From the IMG/VR virus record IMGVR_UViG_3300030202_002850, positions 1 to 64,000 of that record: a stretch of DNA of 64,000 nt; one strand, given 5' to 3'. A program made the position numbers and the translations under genes. This DNA is from an uncultured virus (IMG/VR IMGVR_UViG_3300030202_002850) (taxonomy: Duplodnaviria > Heunggongvirae > Uroviricota > Caudoviricetes). Shown here piece after piece: positions 1 through 8,885 of this stretch. Under the pieces are notes generated by a model that was given only the letters and a program-made list of their open reading frames with translations, was not told the DNA's origin and ran no database searches. Positions within the stretch are counted from its first letter, which is position 1; every line of letters starts with the position of its first letter.

Positions 1-236
1 TAAGGATAAACGAAGTATGTAAAATTATTTCCCCATCCCTCTTCCACACAGGATGCATGCGGAAAGATGAAATAACTGAAGCTCTCGTAAACACCATAAA
101 AACCCTAAAGACTGACGGATTTGTCTTACACAGCAAACCAAGGTTAAGATACGCAGTGACAAGGGTTCACCATGAAATGCAGAGCTACGAAAAAACCTAC
201 AGAAATAAAGATACTGGGATTCCAGTACACCATTAA
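1..236 (+). CDS. partial hypothetical protein (5' truncated)
   Basis: Frame 3 is open from the window edge to TAA at 234-236 (read manually). Confidence 0.3.
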   Translation, partial: RINEVCKIISPSLFHTGCMRKDEITEALVNTIKTLKTDGFVLHSKPRLRYAVTRVHHEMQSYEKTYRNKDTGIPVHH

Positions 237-510
237 ATGGATTGAAGAATGCTCAGCCGGGGAAAACCTCGGATGGTGTGACACTACTGCATTAACTATT
301 TCTATAGTATCCAACCAACCAAGCACTGCACTAGCAAATACATTTCTTCACGAAGTAATCCACGCAATAAATTACTCAATGAACATAGACAGTGGAGACG
401 AAGAAAAGCTAACCAATAGACTAGCTAATGGTCTCTGCTCTGTATGGTCTGAAAATCCCAAGGTATGGTCTTGGTGGAGCGGTTTGTTTAAACCCATCAA
501 GAACAAGTAG
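172..510 (+). CDS. small HExxH zincin-like phage protein
   Basis: 112 aa; NTFLHEVIHAI motif with a downstream EE, typical of small phage metallopeptidase-like proteins. Confidence 0.65.
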   Translation: MKCRATKKPTEIKILGFQYTIKWIEECSAGENLGWCDTTALTISIVSNQPSTALANTFLHEVIHAINYSMNIDSGDEEKLTNRLANGLCSVWSENPKVWSWWSGLFKPIKNK

Positions 511-640
511 TGCCAGACTTCTCATTGCTGAGCCTGTAAGCCTGTCTGAGAGCGTTTCTAAGTATCTTGAGAGCTTCTTCGCTCTTTGTGTATTTATCTT
601 CATTCAGTGCATTCTCAAGGCTTTGGATTAGATCAGACAT
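497..640 (-). CDS. small hypothetical protein (47 aa)
   Basis: Manual translation MSDLIQSLENALNEDKYTKSEEALKILRNALRQAYRLSNEKSGTTCS*. Confidence 0.4.
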   Translation of the reverse strand: MSDLIQSLENALNEDKYTKSEEALKILRNALRQAYRLSNEKSGTTCS

Positions 641-964
641 GGGCGAAACAGCCTACACTATTTCAAGGAAGTAAGGGAGACCTTTTTGGGAAATTTTTCA
701 GAAATCTCGAAAAGGCATATATGTAGTGAGAGGAGACATGGGCTGGTCGCCCCGCTCCTCCCCCCTCCCCTTTTGAACACCCCCACAAATCCCCCAATAA
801 AAAGGCAAACAAACAAAGGAAAAAGCAAAACAACAAGAAACCCCAATGAAAACGCTGTTTATTTAATATATATAAATATTAGGCAAAGCTTTTATTTCAT
901 AAGCTCAATATCTGTGCCAGTTATTAAAAGCGAGGGGGGGATATATAGCGAACGGGTAAAGCTT

Positions 965-1555
965 TTTCCATCGGTGGAAATTTTTCACTTAGTGTAAGTT
1001 CACTACGCTTCGTGATTTGAATGATGATTCAAACAATGAATGCCGAACTTGTTGCAGTCTCTGGGACGAAGTAACCCAGACAGTTTATTTAGTAAGAAAG
1101 TGATGGCTAAATCAAGAGACCGGAATGACCCCCGCTTTTGTTAAGTTCGCGATCGGCCAAGAAGTTGGCGACGATGACCACTGACAAATTAAGACTCGAT
1201 CCAGTAGCGCGGATTTACGATAAGGCGGCACACATGCTAAATCGGAATAATTCTACGGAATATGCCTTTCCTTAAAACTGGACAGCGGACATGTCTTGAA
1301 ACGATCCGCACCGTGACCCACTAAGTTTTGGATCTCTTCAAAGCTTGTCGGGTCGAGATCCCCGCCCTTTGGCGGGGGAACCCCTCGACCTACCAAGTTA
1401 ATCTTTAAACGAGTATTGAGTTCACAATTGCCGCCCTTTGGGTCTGCAAGGTCACAACTGAGATCCCGCCATAAAATGGGCTTTTCAATCTCAGGGCGCA
1501 CAAGAAACTAATTGTCGATACTTCCGAGTAAATCCAGCGGACGCAATTGCGCTTT
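965..1555 (+). ncRNA. candidate large structured non-coding RNA
   Basis: No credible ORF; nested helices such as GGATTTAC 1211-1218/GTAAATCC 1528-1535, GGCGGCA 1224-1230/TGCCGCC 1429-1435, GGTCGAG 1351-1357/CTCGACC 1384-1390. Confidence 0.55.
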
Positions 1556-1587
1556 ATAAATGAAGTAAGAGCCTTTTGGCTCCTTTC

Positions 1588-1608
1588 TAATATCTGGCTC
1601 AGATATTA
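1588..1608. repeat. 21-bp palindromic motif, variant
   Basis: TAATATCTGGCTCAGATATTA upstream of the first early gene. Confidence 0.75.
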
Positions 1609-1676
1609 GACAGGAGATAAAAATCTCCACTTCCCCCCAAATGCGGGAAGTTTAACCAAAAAATAATACACACAAA

Positions 1677-2237
1677 ATGAAAAACAAAATCGAAAAGATC
1701 GCAAGTGAAGCCGCAACTGTAAAAGCTGAAAAGCGTATTTCTTCTGAGGAATTACCTGAGCTTGTTACTTGTGAAAAAGTTAAGTTTGAGAATGAGGATG
1801 ATGGGCATATTTCTGGTGATACAGAAACAGTTGAGATCAAAAAACTTCGCACTACAATTCAAGGCGCTGCAAAGTCAATCGCTAAACAAGGCAAAGTTTT
1901 ACATGATGCAATTGTTGAGGCAATTGAGATACACGAAGTTTCAAGAGAAACAATTATTAAATGGGTTGTAGATTGTGGGTATAGTGAATCACGCGCCCGT
2001 GATTTAGTCGCTCCGACTTGGCAAGAGAATCACGGTAAATCTACAAAGGGAAAGAAAAAGGGATCAACAAAAAATAAGGACAAAGTACAAGCGTTGATGA
2101 AATACGCTCGTAGCCTTTGCTCAGATGATGCAGAAGCTTCTAAGACTCTACGCGCTGCTCAACGTCAAATTGATGCCGCGCGAAAAGCTTCTAAGGAAGC
2201 TCCAGAAAACGTAGTTGAATTGGAAAAAGCCGCTTAA
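1677..2237 (+). CDS. hypothetical early protein
   Basis: 186-aa ORF with A-rich leader; ends in the palindrome. Confidence 0.8.
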   Translation: MKNKIEKIASEAATVKAEKRISSEELPELVTCEKVKFENEDDGHISGDTETVEIKKLRTTIQGAAKSIAKQGKVLHDAIVEAIEIHEVSRETIIKWVVDCGYSESRARDLVAPTWQENHGKSTKGKKKGSTKNKDKVQALMKYARSLCSDDAEASKTLRAAQRQIDAARKASKEAPENVVELEKAA

Positions 2238-2255
2238 TAACTGGGCCAGTTATAA
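2235..2255. repeat. 21-bp palindromic motif
   Basis: TAATAACTGGGCCAGTTATAA, begins at a stop codon. Confidence 0.9.
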
Positions 2256-2282
2256 CGAGATAATAATATCTCAGTACAGGAC

Positions 2283-2310
2283 ATCGCTCTTCGGAGCGAT
2301 TTTCCTTTTT
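2283..2310 (+). terminator. intrinsic terminator-like hairpin (or part of a processing structure)
   Basis: ATCGCTC-TTCG-GAGCGAT (C(UUCG)G tetraloop) followed by TTTCCTTTTT. Confidence 0.55.
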
Positions 2311-2320
2311 AGTATCTACT

Positions 2321-2341
2321 CAATAATTGGGCCAGATATTA
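2321..2341. repeat. 21-bp palindromic motif, variant
   Basis: CAATAATTGGGCCAGATATTA. Confidence 0.8.
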
Positions 2342-2378
2342 AAAAGGAGAATCGTTTCTCCTGTAACCATATATAAAA

Positions 2379-2777
2379 ATGAGTAAATTAGAAACATACA
2401 TGAGTGATAAAGACGCAGATATCTACGGAAAATCTATAGTATTGGGATTGATGCGAACTATAGAAATTGAAGACATCCCTGTTGATGTTTTAGAAAAGGC
2501 TAACAAATCTCTCCCTGAGAAAGTTCTTCCCCATGATGGGTCGGTTGCCTTGTTTGGTTGGTTGAAAAATGGAGCTAAGGCAAATCATCCCTTGAACCGC
2601 GAAAGAAGGATCTCAAAGGAAGTGCATCGGTGCATGAATTTATCAGGGCGCAGATTTGCGCTGGTTGATAATGATTTTGATCCAGATTATAAGCGCAAGC
2701 TCGACATTCAAAGCAAAGAAATAACTAGGCTTAATAAAGTTATAGACAGGATTAGGGGTGCAGTAAGTGAGGATTAA
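2379..2777 (+). CDS. hypothetical protein
   Basis: 132-aa ORF. Confidence 0.75.
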   Translation: MSKLETYMSDKDADIYGKSIVLGLMRTIEIEDIPVDVLEKANKSLPEKVLPHDGSVALFGWLKNGAKANHPLNRERRISKEVHRCMNLSGRRFALVDNDFDPDYKRKLDIQSKEITRLNKVIDRIRGAVSED

Positions 2778-2795
2778 TAACTGGGCCAGATATTA
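2775..2795. repeat. 21-bp palindromic motif
   Basis: TAATAACTGGGCCAGATATTA spanning from stop (2775) to the next ATG (2795). Confidence 0.95.
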
Positions 2796-3013
2796 TGAAC
2801 TATATTAACAAACTACAAGAGGACAATGCCGAGCTTCGGAGTGAATTGAAATCGGCCTACAGCATGGCATTAGAGTTAAAAATCTACGCCATGTCTCCAA
2901 AATTCATGGGCGAATCTGGATACGGCGGTAAAACCTACATGTCAAAAGAAGATGTGATTAGGTTTGCTGAGAACATATTAGGAGAGATGCCTTCTGTTGT
3001 GCTAAATGATTAA
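2795..3013 (+). CDS. hypothetical protein
   Basis: 72-aa ORF bracketed by palindromes. Confidence 0.75.
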   Translation: MNYINKLQEDNAELRSELKSAYSMALELKIYAMSPKFMGESGYGGKTYMSKEDVIRFAENILGEMPSVVLND

Positions 3014-3030
3014 TAACTGGGCCAGATATG
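3011..3030. repeat. 21-bp palindromic motif
   Basis: TAATAACTGGGCCAGATATG, stop to ATG. Confidence 0.9.
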
Positions 3031-3150
3031 AAGATACTAAAAACAATAGGGTGGGCTATGCTCACAATAATAATGTACTCAGCCATTAGCTTTATGCTCA
3101 CTGCTTATCTGTTATCAGATACGATTAGTGGGGTGAAGCTATGGCAATAA
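3028..3150 (+). CDS. small membrane protein (40 aa)
   Basis: Manual translation MKILKTIGWAMLTIIMYSAISFMLTAYLLSDTISGVKLWQ*; one hydrophobic helix. Confidence 0.6.
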   Translation: MKILKTIGWAMLTIIMYSAISFMLTAYLLSDTISGVKLWQ

Positions 3151-3253
3151 CAATAACCGAAAGGGGTGCAGTCTTAGCACTGCACCTTCCCTAGTATGTC
3201 GTCATGTGACGCTGTACTAGGGAGGGTTTCTCCCTCTGTAACCATCAAGCATT

Positions 3254-3433
3254 ATGACAAGTGCAAACACAAACAAGCGGAGTCTACCCGTGAATAACGG
3301 TCGGGCTGTTATAAGCAGAAACGTCAAGGCATGGCAAAATCGCAAGGCTGTGACAAGTTTCAATAGAAAATGGGGATCTTTGGCATTGGCCAAGGGCGGG
3401 GCATCACTGGATGCTTTATTTCCTAACCTTTAA
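3254..3433 (+). CDS. small basic hypothetical protein (59 aa)
   Basis: Manual translation MTSANTNKRSLPVNNGRAVISRNVKAWQNRK...DALFPNL*; stop overlaps the palindrome. Confidence 0.6.
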   Translation: MTSANTNKRSLPVNNGRAVISRNVKAWQNRKAVTSFNRKWGSLALAKGGASLDALFPNL

Positions 3434-3451
3434 TAACTGGGCCAGATATTA
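3431..3451. repeat. 21-bp palindromic motif
   Basis: TAATAACTGGGCCAGATATTA, stop to ATG. Confidence 0.95.
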
Positions 3452-3801
3452 TGAGTCGCTATTACGGTAAACCAGTATCAGCACCAGAGGGTTGGTTGTT
3501 CGTTGCTTGGGCTGGAACCAAGGAAATAAAAGAGGATCTCAAAGCATTGGGGTGCAAGTTCTGTTCCTTAATGCCAGACGGTAGAGAGAAGAAGGGTTAT
3601 TACTCTCCTCCTGAGAACCATGCTAAGGCTATGGCTTTGATGCCTGATCCTACAGACATGAAGAAGTGGACTCCAATTAAGGGAGATACCTTTGATGTCA
3701 GGGATGTACTCAAGGACAAGTACGGAGCTAGGTGCATATGGGTTGTGCCTAAGGATAAGCACAGGGAAGCACAAGAATTTGCTGATGCAGTATCAAGCTA
3801 A
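3451..3801 (+). CDS. hypothetical protein with an internal duplication (DUF5710-like)
   Basis: Two similar segments GTKEIKEDLKALG and GDTFDVRDVLKDKYG, each followed by a PE/KD-H-A-A segment. Confidence 0.7.
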   Translation: MSRYYGKPVSAPEGWLFVAWAGTKEIKEDLKALGCKFCSLMPDGREKKGYYSPPENHAKAMALMPDPTDMKKWTPIKGDTFDVRDVLKDKYGARCIWVVPKDKHREAQEFADAVSS

Positions 3802-3819
3802 TAACTGGGCCAGATAAAT
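3799..3819. repeat. 21-bp palindromic motif
   Basis: TAATAACTGGGCCAGATAAAT at a stop codon. Confidence 0.9.
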
Positions 3820-3833
3820 AGAAAGGAAATAAT

Positions 3834-4061
3834 ATGCCACACGGATACAAAGTAATCATTGAAACAGTAAAACAAAATAAAATGACAGATCAAGAATTCA
3901 TAGACGAGGTGTATGAGTTAGCATTTGGAGACAACGCAAGGCACAGACTTACGGAAGAACAAGGCCCGTATGAACATGAAGAGGTTTTGGAAAAGCTAAA
4001 GCAGCAAGACGAATGGTCATACAAATGGGAAGAACAAGAAGGAGTTGGGAGCTTTGAATAA
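3834..4061 (+). CDS. hypothetical acidic protein
   Basis: 75-aa ORF. Confidence 0.65.
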   Translation: MPHGYKVIIETVKQNKMTDQEFIDEVYELAFGDNARHRLTEEQGPYEHEEVLEKLKQQDEWSYKWEEQEGVGSFE

Positions 4062-4062
4062 T

Positions 4063-4374
4063 ATGAGTAGGTTAGCAATAGTTATTGCACTATCGTTATG
4101 CGGCTACGCTAAAGCAGAACCTGAATTATTGGTCAAGCCTAGCGACAAAGAGATACTAATCACGGTTTCTAATTACCCTACAGGAAGGGCTGTCGCATTA
4201 TTAGTTAGCGATAACCTTAATGAATGGACATTGGCAACTGATAATGGCGGGGATTTTTATATCCATTACGCAAGGGAAACAAATGAACCAGTAAGCTGGG
4301 CTGTGCCAGTGAATAGTGACAAAGCTTTCTTCAAGGCTATTGTCTTAACATACAAAACAGAAAGGAACAAATGA
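4063..4374 (+). CDS. secreted protein resembling a Verrucomicrobia C-terminal beta domain
   Basis: Signal peptide MSRLAIVIALSLCGYAKA; pattern LLVSDNLNEW...KAFFKA. Confidence 0.6.
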   Translation: MSRLAIVIALSLCGYAKAEPELLVKPSDKEILITVSNYPTGRAVALLVSDNLNEWTLATDNGGDFYIHYARETNEPVSWAVPVNSDKAFFKAIVLTYKTERNK

Positions 4375-5039
4375 AACGAAGCGTCCACACAACAGGATAC
4401 CCGCAAGGAGCGGGGAAAACCTACCCAATAACTGGGCCAGATATTGATTACGACAAGTACTGCAAGGTTAACACAAAGAACAAGAACATCCTTAAAAAGA
4501 TTAAGTTACAGTTAAAGTTGGCTGAAGAATTAGCATTCACACTATCAGTAAACTTTGTTTGGCCTGAAGCGCACAATGGCAAGGCGATAGCATACAATGT
4601 TGTTGGTGATAGCCAAACCTTTAACGGTAAGAAAGTGCTAAACCGATACTCAAGAGTAGTGCTCACAAGAATAAACAAGGATGGGACAGAAGATGTCCGA
4701 TCCTTTTGTGTGTCTACCTTGCCAAGAGCAATGATAAATTACATCTGCAAACAGAAAGGTATCAACCAAAGTATGCCGAGATTATTCAGGCTCAATGTTT
4801 GGTTTAAGGATGAGGCTCACAGTGTTCAGTTTGTGTCAGGCAAGAGGTCGCAAGCTAGATCACTCAAGGATGCTTTATTCCATGAAGATATACATAAAAT
4901 ACTCCATGAATTAGGAGGCATACCTAAGCCTGTACCGATGGGCCATCGTATTGAGGTGAAGTTAGATCCAGTGCAAGACCCTGATGTAATCGAGAAGCTC
5001 GATGACTTGCAGCGATTAAAGCTTGGGTGGCACTTATAA
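4371..5039 (+). CDS. hypothetical protein
   Basis: 222-aa ORF. Confidence 0.7.
   Translation: MKRSVHTTGYPQGAGKTYPITGPDIDYDKYCKVNTKNKNILKKIKLQLKLAEELAFTLSVNFVWPEAHNGKAIAYNVVGDSQTFNGKKVLNRYSRVVLTRINKDGTEDVRSFCVSTLPRAMINYICKQKGINQSMPRLFRLNVWFKDEAHSVQFVSGKRSQARSLKDALFHEDIHKILHELGGIPKPVPMGHRIEVKLDPVQDPDVIEKLDDLQRLKLGWHL
4426..4446. repeat. 21-bp palindromic motif (intragenic)
   Basis: CAATAACTGGGCCAGATATTG; the outer pair is changed symmetrically to C/G. Confidence 0.9.
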
Positions 5040-5054
5040 CTGGGCCAGATATAA
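5034..5054. repeat. 21-bp palindromic motif
   Basis: TTATAACTGGGCCAGATATAA at a stop codon; symmetric change. Confidence 0.9.
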
Positions 5055-5238
5055 CCCCATACTAATACAGGGATACAAGCTAGGGCTTCAACTCTAGCTA
5101 TTCCATTCGTATATTAACACATATAAATAGTTATTGACATGTGTTATTCAATATGCAATACTCTTTGTTGATGTACGAATGGAGTAGCTCGTAACCATGC
5201 TACCCCGATAAGTAATAATAAAATACACACAAAATATT

Positions 5239-6357
5239 ATGGCAAAACAAACAGCATTAGAAGCGATGACAGTTGATATCGCTACAGCTAAGAGAGCAGC
5301 AGCAGTTTGCTTTCAGAACAAACGCCCCTTCATTGTATGGGGAAAGTACGGATGCGGTAAGTCTCAGATGATTGCTCAACTCGCAGAGAGTATGAGTGCA
5401 ACTCTGTACGACTTCCGAACATCAGATAAGGAGCCGCCCGACTTGGCTGGACTCCCTGTAGCAGATCAAGTGAACCGATGTGTTCAGTGGCTTATTAATC
5501 ACGACACGATTCCTTGGAAGCGATACGATGACAAAGGCAAGCACATCAAACCTAAGTACAAGAGAGCTATTCTCTTCCTCGATGAGTTCGATAGGAGCAT
5601 GGTCGAGGTGATGAACGTGGCTCTTCAGATACTACTAGACCGTAAGGTTAATGGGCATGAGCTAGAGGATAACGTCCTTATATGTGCCGCTGGTAACGGT
5701 GAGTCTGACTCTGGCACTACACCTATCACTGGTGCAGCAGCTACTAGGATGACTCACATTTACATTGATCCAACATTGGATTCATCCATCAAAGGATTCC
5801 AAGAGTACGCAAATAACAAAGGCATGGCTCCTTGGTTGTCATCTTATGTAGGATTCCGCAAGGAAGAGATACAAGGAGATCAGTTCACATTCGTTGAACG
5901 TGCTGAGCCTACGTTTAGAACATTGGAGTGGGCGCATGACTTGATTGAGTCTTGTTATAAGATTGGCACTGACTGGGCAACTAGCCCGTCTGTTATGAAC
6001 TGTCTTGTGTACGGAACAGTAGGGCAAGTGGTTGGTCGTAGCATGATGGCATATCGCAAGATGTGTACTGAGTGTCCTCAACCTGACGACATCTACGATT
6101 CACCCCTTCAGACAAAATTACCTAAGGACGCTGGTGTTTACTACGCTACTGGTGTGGCGTTAGTGCAAGACATTAAACCTAAAGGCAAGTCTGAAGACAT
6201 GAGCAAAACCAAAGCTGCATGTAGATATGTAGGGCGATGGCCTGAGGAACAGCAAGCTACGTTCTTTCGCAGAGCATCTGAAGCCAAGCTGAAAGTTGCG
6301 GCGACACCTGAGTACAAGGCGTGGGAGAAAGAATATAGGTCACTGCAAAGCAAGTAA
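5239..6357 (+). CDS. MoxR-like AAA+ ATPase
   Basis: Walker A GKYGCGKS, Walker B ILFLDEFDR, sensor CAAGN, DLAGLP motif. Confidence 0.9.
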   Translation: MAKQTALEAMTVDIATAKRAAAVCFQNKRPFIVWGKYGCGKSQMIAQLAESMSATLYDFRTSDKEPPDLAGLPVADQVNRCVQWLINHDTIPWKRYDDKGKHIKPKYKRAILFLDEFDRSMVEVMNVALQILLDRKVNGHELEDNVLICAAGNGESDSGTTPITGAAATRMTHIYIDPTLDSSIKGFQEYANNKGMAPWLSSYVGFRKEEIQGDQFTFVERAEPTFRTLEWAHDLIESCYKIGTDWATSPSVMNCLVYGTVGQVVGRSMMAYRKMCTECPQPDDIYDSPLQTKLPKDAGVYYATGVALVQDIKPKGKSEDMSKTKAACRYVGRWPEEQQATFFRRASEAKLKVAATPEYKAWEKEYRSLQSK

Positions 6358-6375
6358 TAACTGGCCCAGATATAA
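6355..6375. repeat. 21-bp palindromic motif
   Basis: TAATAACTGGCCCAGATATAA at a stop codon. Confidence 0.9.
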
Positions 6376-6395
6376 CCCAATAACAATATACGATT

Positions 6396-7343
6396 ATGAA
6401 ATTAGTAACCAAAGACAATGTAATACTAAAGCGGTTCAATGAGAACTGCATGCTGGTTAAGATCGGCATCAAGCTCCCCGGCTCCAAGCAATTGATTGTA
6501 CGGGCGGCTCAAGAGGCAGCGAACACGTTCAAGGCTGACGCTGAATCAATAGACAGTCACATTCGCAAGTTCACAAAGAAAGACTTGTCAGCCGTGCAAG
6601 AGATTGCAACTCAAGCTAGGCAGAAGATTAAGTTCTTCACAAGTACATGGGATGATCATGGATGGCGCATCTGCAAGACAGAGTTCTACCCTGACCTATC
6701 CCGTGAGCTTGAAGAACTGAAGCTCAAGTTTGATGATGCAGTTAGTACCATAGTTAATGATAGGTATGAAGAGATCAAAGCTGACAGTCAACGCCGTGCT
6801 GGTGACTTGTGGGAAGATGTTAGATTCCCTGAGAAGGAAGAGTTCGCTACTCAATTCGACTTCATCATTGAAGTGGACGAGATAAAAGATCCTAAGGATG
6901 TGAAGATCAGTGGCCCTGCTGGACTAATGAAGGAAGTTCAGGAGCAGATGCAAAAGCGCAATGAGACAAAGCTTAAAGAAGCACAAACAGAAACACTTGA
7001 AAGGGTTAAGAGTGTGCTTGCTGATACTGTATCAAGGCTAAAGCATTACGATGCAGGGAAGGCTAAGTTTAATGACGCTAAAAAGAAAGGTGACAAACCT
7101 ACTAAGGTTAGGATATCTGACAGCGTTATTAATAATGTAGTCGAGGTTGGTAAAGTCATTAAGCAGATCAACCTAACTGATGATGAGTCTCTGAACAAAG
7201 CAGCCGACTCGTTAACAGAAGTATTCTCTCGCTTCCAAGGCGAGGACAACATGAAAGAATTAAAAGAGAATTCTAAGAAAAGAAAGGAAGTAATCAAAGC
7301 ATCAGAAGATGTGACCGAGGTTCTTCAATCAATCGAACTGTAA
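6396..7343 (+). CDS. DUF3150-like helical protein
   Basis: 315 aa, all-alpha, W-D-x-G-W-R and FP motifs; lies between a MoxR ATPase and a vWA-peptidase, the usual context. Confidence 0.6.
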   Translation: MKLVTKDNVILKRFNENCMLVKIGIKLPGSKQLIVRAAQEAANTFKADAESIDSHIRKFTKKDLSAVQEIATQARQKIKFFTSTWDDHGWRICKTEFYPDLSRELEELKLKFDDAVSTIVNDRYEEIKADSQRRAGDLWEDVRFPEKEEFATQFDFIIEVDEIKDPKDVKISGPAGLMKEVQEQMQKRNETKLKEAQTETLERVKSVLADTVSRLKHYDAGKAKFNDAKKKGDKPTKVRISDSVINNVVEVGKVIKQINLTDDESLNKAADSLTEVFSRFQGEDNMKELKENSKKRKEVIKASEDVTEVLQSIEL

Positions 7344-7363
7344 CCATATATCAATAACACACA

Positions 7364-8851
7364 ATGAACAAAGTAACAGAAGCAATCAACAACATAACTG
7401 AAGAGGAGTGGGCGGACTTACTCAAAACAGCTAAGTCTAAAGTTAATATTGGACACGACTATATATACACATCTCATCCAATAGGTGTTCCGTTCGTGGC
7501 CAAGTGGCAAGTCATACCTGACCCTTCAGTAGAAACAATGTGTACTGATGGTAAGACTCTGAGGTATAACCCTGAGTTCGCAAACAATCTGTCAGTCAAC
7601 GCAAACAAGTTTGTCATACTCCATGAAGCTGGGCATCTACTGTTTGCTCATCACCTGAGAAGAGAGGATCGCAATCCAGACTTGTGGAATGTTGCAGCAG
7701 ACTTGGCAATGAACAGCCACTTCGTCCCCTACATTAAACAGCTAGGAGTGTGGCATGAATTAGTAAATGATATTGGGATACTGCTACCCCGTGAAGGGAA
7801 GTTCACAAAGTTACCAGAGAACAAGTCAACTGAGTGGTACTACCATGAGTTAGAGATGGAGCTTCACGAACCTCCGCCTCCTCCGGGTGGTAGGCCATGC
7901 GATGACGGAAAGCCTGACGATGATGAGGGTAAAGGCAAGGGTGATAACAACGGAGATCCGAATGAACCTGAAGACTCCAAAGGTCAAGACCAAGACTCTG
8001 GTAAGGGCGAGAGCGGTAGCTCAAGTTCAAATTCTGGAAGCTCTGGCGGCAATGACTCTCCATCACAACCCAGTACCACTAAGTCATTAAGCGAGCGACT
8101 TAAAGATTACCTTGGCGATGAGGGTAAGATTGTTGGTCGTGTCGAGGACTCTGCGACCATGTGTGAAGAGGGCGCTGATGTTGCGGAGAATGAGTACCAA
8201 GAAACAGTATCCGAAGCAGTGGTTCTTATGAAGTCTCAAGGTCATGGCTTTGGCAACGAGTTGGACTTCCTTGAGGACATGCTTACACGAAAGGCAATCA
8301 ACGATGTGTCATGGTTGAAGAGGTTGTTAGTTCAGTATGCTCCGGGTGGACGCAACCATAAGAGAGTTAACAAGCGTTACTCATCTGGCGGTATCATCTT
8401 CCCTAAGAATGAAACCAAGGGTAGGAGTCACGGCCTTATCATGGTTGATACCTCTGGGTCTATGGGTAATGCAGAGTGTGACGAGGCATTTGTTCAGATG
8501 AACAAGATCATTCAAGAGTTCCCTCACACCAAGATAACAATGGTGCAGTGCGACACTGACATACATGAGGAATCTATACGAGAGTTCAGTCGAAGCGACT
8601 TACCATTACGAGTGCCTCGCAAATGGTACGGACGGGGAGGCACTGACATGGAGCCAGTATTAAAGTACGCTAAGGAAAACAAATACAAGTTTGATTGGGC
8701 GGTGTGCATCACTGACATGGAATGGGATTGGAAGAACTGTACTGATAGCGGAATAGTTACCAAGTTTGTTGCAGTTAATCCATACAAGCCGTTAGATATC
8801 AACATGCCGCAACGAGGGTACAGTTATGAAGAGGTTTATGTGAATGTATAA
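7364..8851 (+). CDS. DUF2201-type metallopeptidase-vWA protein
   Basis: TMCTDG, LHEAGH, WNVAADLAMN; acidic linker; MIDAS VDTSGSM, GRGGTD, ITD. Confidence 0.9.
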   Translation: MNKVTEAINNITEEEWADLLKTAKSKVNIGHDYIYTSHPIGVPFVAKWQVIPDPSVETMCTDGKTLRYNPEFANNLSVNANKFVILHEAGHLLFAHHLRREDRNPDLWNVAADLAMNSHFVPYIKQLGVWHELVNDIGILLPREGKFTKLPENKSTEWYYHELEMELHEPPPPPGGRPCDDGKPDDDEGKGKGDNNGDPNEPEDSKGQDQDSGKGESGSSSSNSGSSGGNDSPSQPSTTKSLSERLKDYLGDEGKIVGRVEDSATMCEEGADVAENEYQETVSEAVVLMKSQGHGFGNELDFLEDMLTRKAINDVSWLKRLLVQYAPGGRNHKRVNKRYSSGGIIFPKNETKGRSHGLIMVDTSGSMGNAECDEAFVQMNKIIQEFPHTKITMVQCDTDIHEESIREFSRSDLPLRVPRKWYGRGGTDMEPVLKYAKENKYKFDWAVCITDMEWDWKNCTDSGIVTKFVAVNPYKPLDINMPQRGYSYEEVYVNV

Positions 8852-8866
8852 CTGGGCCAGATATTA
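8846..8866. repeat. 21-bp palindromic motif
   Basis: GTATAACTGGGCCAGATATTA at a stop codon. Confidence 0.9.
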
Positions 8867-8885
8867 ACTTAAACAAAACAAAAGC

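Noticed and set aside
658..997. Track ORFs 658..846 and 686..997
   Set aside because: Low-complexity translations from non-ATG starts; probably non-coding.
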